Positions 62,915 through 64,000 of a stretch of DNA of 64,000 bases are shown piece after piece. Each line of letters begins with the position of its first letter. Position 1 is the stretch's first letter. The translations under genes were made by a program, and so were the position numbers. A model generated the notes under the pieces. That model was not told the origin of the DNA and did not search any database. It saw only the letters and a program-made list of their open reading frames with translations. The stretch comes from Alphaproteobacteria bacterium (GTDB taxonomy: Bacteria; Pseudomonadota; Alphaproteobacteria; UBA828), in assembly GCA_965237415.1 (NCBI GenBank), contig CBDEFM010000002.1:2016001-2080000 (forward strand). Reading direction: 5' to 3'.

Positions 62915-64000
62915 CTACGCGTTGAGCACGCGGTCCATCTGGGCCTGCATTTCCTGCAGGTGGGTGGGCACCGCGTTGAACCAGAAGTCCTCCTTGGCGA
63001 ACTTGAACTCGACCTTCGCAAGGGCCTCGTCCATGGCGACGCCGACCTTGGGCCCGAGGCCGTTCTCGGCGGCGTACTGCTTGGCGAGATCGGGCCGGCC
63101 CGAGACATAGCCGCGCAGCGGCGTGATCGCCGCCGCGTAGCTTCCGCTCAAGATCCAGTTCAGCGCGGCGTGCACGTCGTCGAGATTGCCGCGGTCCTGC
63201 ACCTGGGTCGGGATGTAGCAGGCGTGCATCCACTTGAGGAAGAACTCCTTGGCGTTGGCGTAGACCCAGTCGCCGCCGGCCTTGTTGGCCTCGCGCACCG
63301 CCGGCTCCCAGCAGCGGATGGCGTCGACCTCGCCGTTCTTCATGTCGGCAACCTGGTCGTCGAAGATCTTCCAGAAGTTGCGGAACTGCCCGGCCTGCTT
63401 GCGCTCGATCAGGAAGTCGGCGGTGGCCGCCGCCTCCGCCGGCGTCGGGTCGAGGATGTTGGCGACCTCGAGCTGGCCGGAGTTCTTCAGATAGGCCAGC
63501 GCCTCCCATAGATAGATGTAGTTGTCGCCGGTGGACGAGCGGCCCATGGTCTTCTCGCTCTCGAAGATGAGCGACCAGGAGGCCTCCTCCGGCGGGCGCG
63601 GCTCGTTCAGCTTCGCCGGCAAATAACCGAAGCTGTCGGCATTCATCACGAGCGGCACGCCCCAGACCGTGCCCGCCTCCGGCTCCAGGTTGCGGGCAAG
63701 GTAGGGAACCCGCTTGATGCTGTCAGGCATCCCGCCCCAGTTGGGGACCTTGGCGGTTTCGATCTCCATGATCGCGTCGGCGTCGATCAGCTCCTGCTCG
63801 GTGCCAGACAGCGTCGCGATGATGTCGAACCGGTCGCCGCCGTCATTCACCAGAATCTCGGTGAGGAAGATGCCGGGATCGTCCTTGATCACGGTGTCTT
63901 CCATCTTGAAGCCGGTCTCTCTCTCGAAGTTGCTCCAGTCGCCCGGGATGATCGTCGGACCGGTGATCAGCAACCGGATGGTGCCGTTGTCCTGCGCCTT
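62915..64000 (-). CDS. PotD/PotF-like solute-binding protein, 5' end outside the window
   Basis: Open frame to the window edge; FERETG, D.FD, WGVP...NADSFGY, SW..IF, W. Confidence 0.8.
   Translation of the reverse strand, partial: KAQDNGTIRLLITGPTIIPGDWSNFERETGFKMEDTVIKDDPGIFLTEILVNDGGDRFDIIATLSGTEQELIDADAIMEIETAKVPNWGGMPDSIKRVPYLARNLEPEAGTVWGVPLVMNADSFGYLPAKLNEPRPPEEASWSLIFESEKTMGRSSTGDNYIYLWEALAYLKNSGQLEVANILDPTPAEAAATADFLIERKQAGQFRNFWKIFDDQVADMKNGEVDAIRCWEPAVREANKAGGDWVYANAKEFFLKWMHACYIPTQVQDRGNLDDVHAALNWILSGSYAAAITPLRGYVSGRPDLAKQYAAENGLGPKVGVAMDEALAKVEFKFAKEDFWFNAVPTHLQEMQAQMDRVLNA

Overview
High-GC bacterial chromosome segment, most likely an alphaproteobacterium (inferred from the sdhCDAB-mdh and sucCDAB-lpdA content, bactofilin-rluB-rsmD neighbourhood and an alphaproteobacterial-type palindromic repeat). 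From left to right: a conjugative-relaxase C-terminal remnant; sucCD-sucAB-lpdA running directly into a hydantoinase-B/acetone-carboxylase-gamma fusion and a class III aminotransferase; a di-heme peroxidase/MauG-like gene; an aprM-aprB-aprA-sat sulfur cluster; a PuuE-like deacetylase; a low-GC nested mobile island (IS1-like end, frameshifted small basic protein, HicB-like/HicA-like pair, and a complete 1547-bp IS1595-family element with 23-bp IRs, 8-bp target duplication and passenger genes); mdh-sdhBADC on the minus strand; housekeeping genes (nth, bactofilin, pseudouridine synthase, rsmD, ABC-F); then about 32 kb of accessory catabolic genes (GGT-family hydrolase, SDR, RpiR, MarR, molybdopterin oxidoreductase, a partly decayed hpa-like aromatic operon, GMC oxidoreductase, two EamA genes, an incomplete split biotin carboxylase system with a sugar-type ABC transporter, a CocE/NonD hydrolase, a three-domain Rid fusion plus a single Rid, and a polyamine-type ABC transporter running off the end). 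No rRNA, tRNA or CRISPR array was seen. Best candidates for undescribed biology: the CocE + triple-Rid + carboxylase/ABC module, the di-heme enzyme with His at the usual Met/Tyr ligand position next to apr, and the IS-split HicB/HicA-like pair. All product calls come from motif recognition by eye, not from database searches, and frameshifts could be assembly errors.
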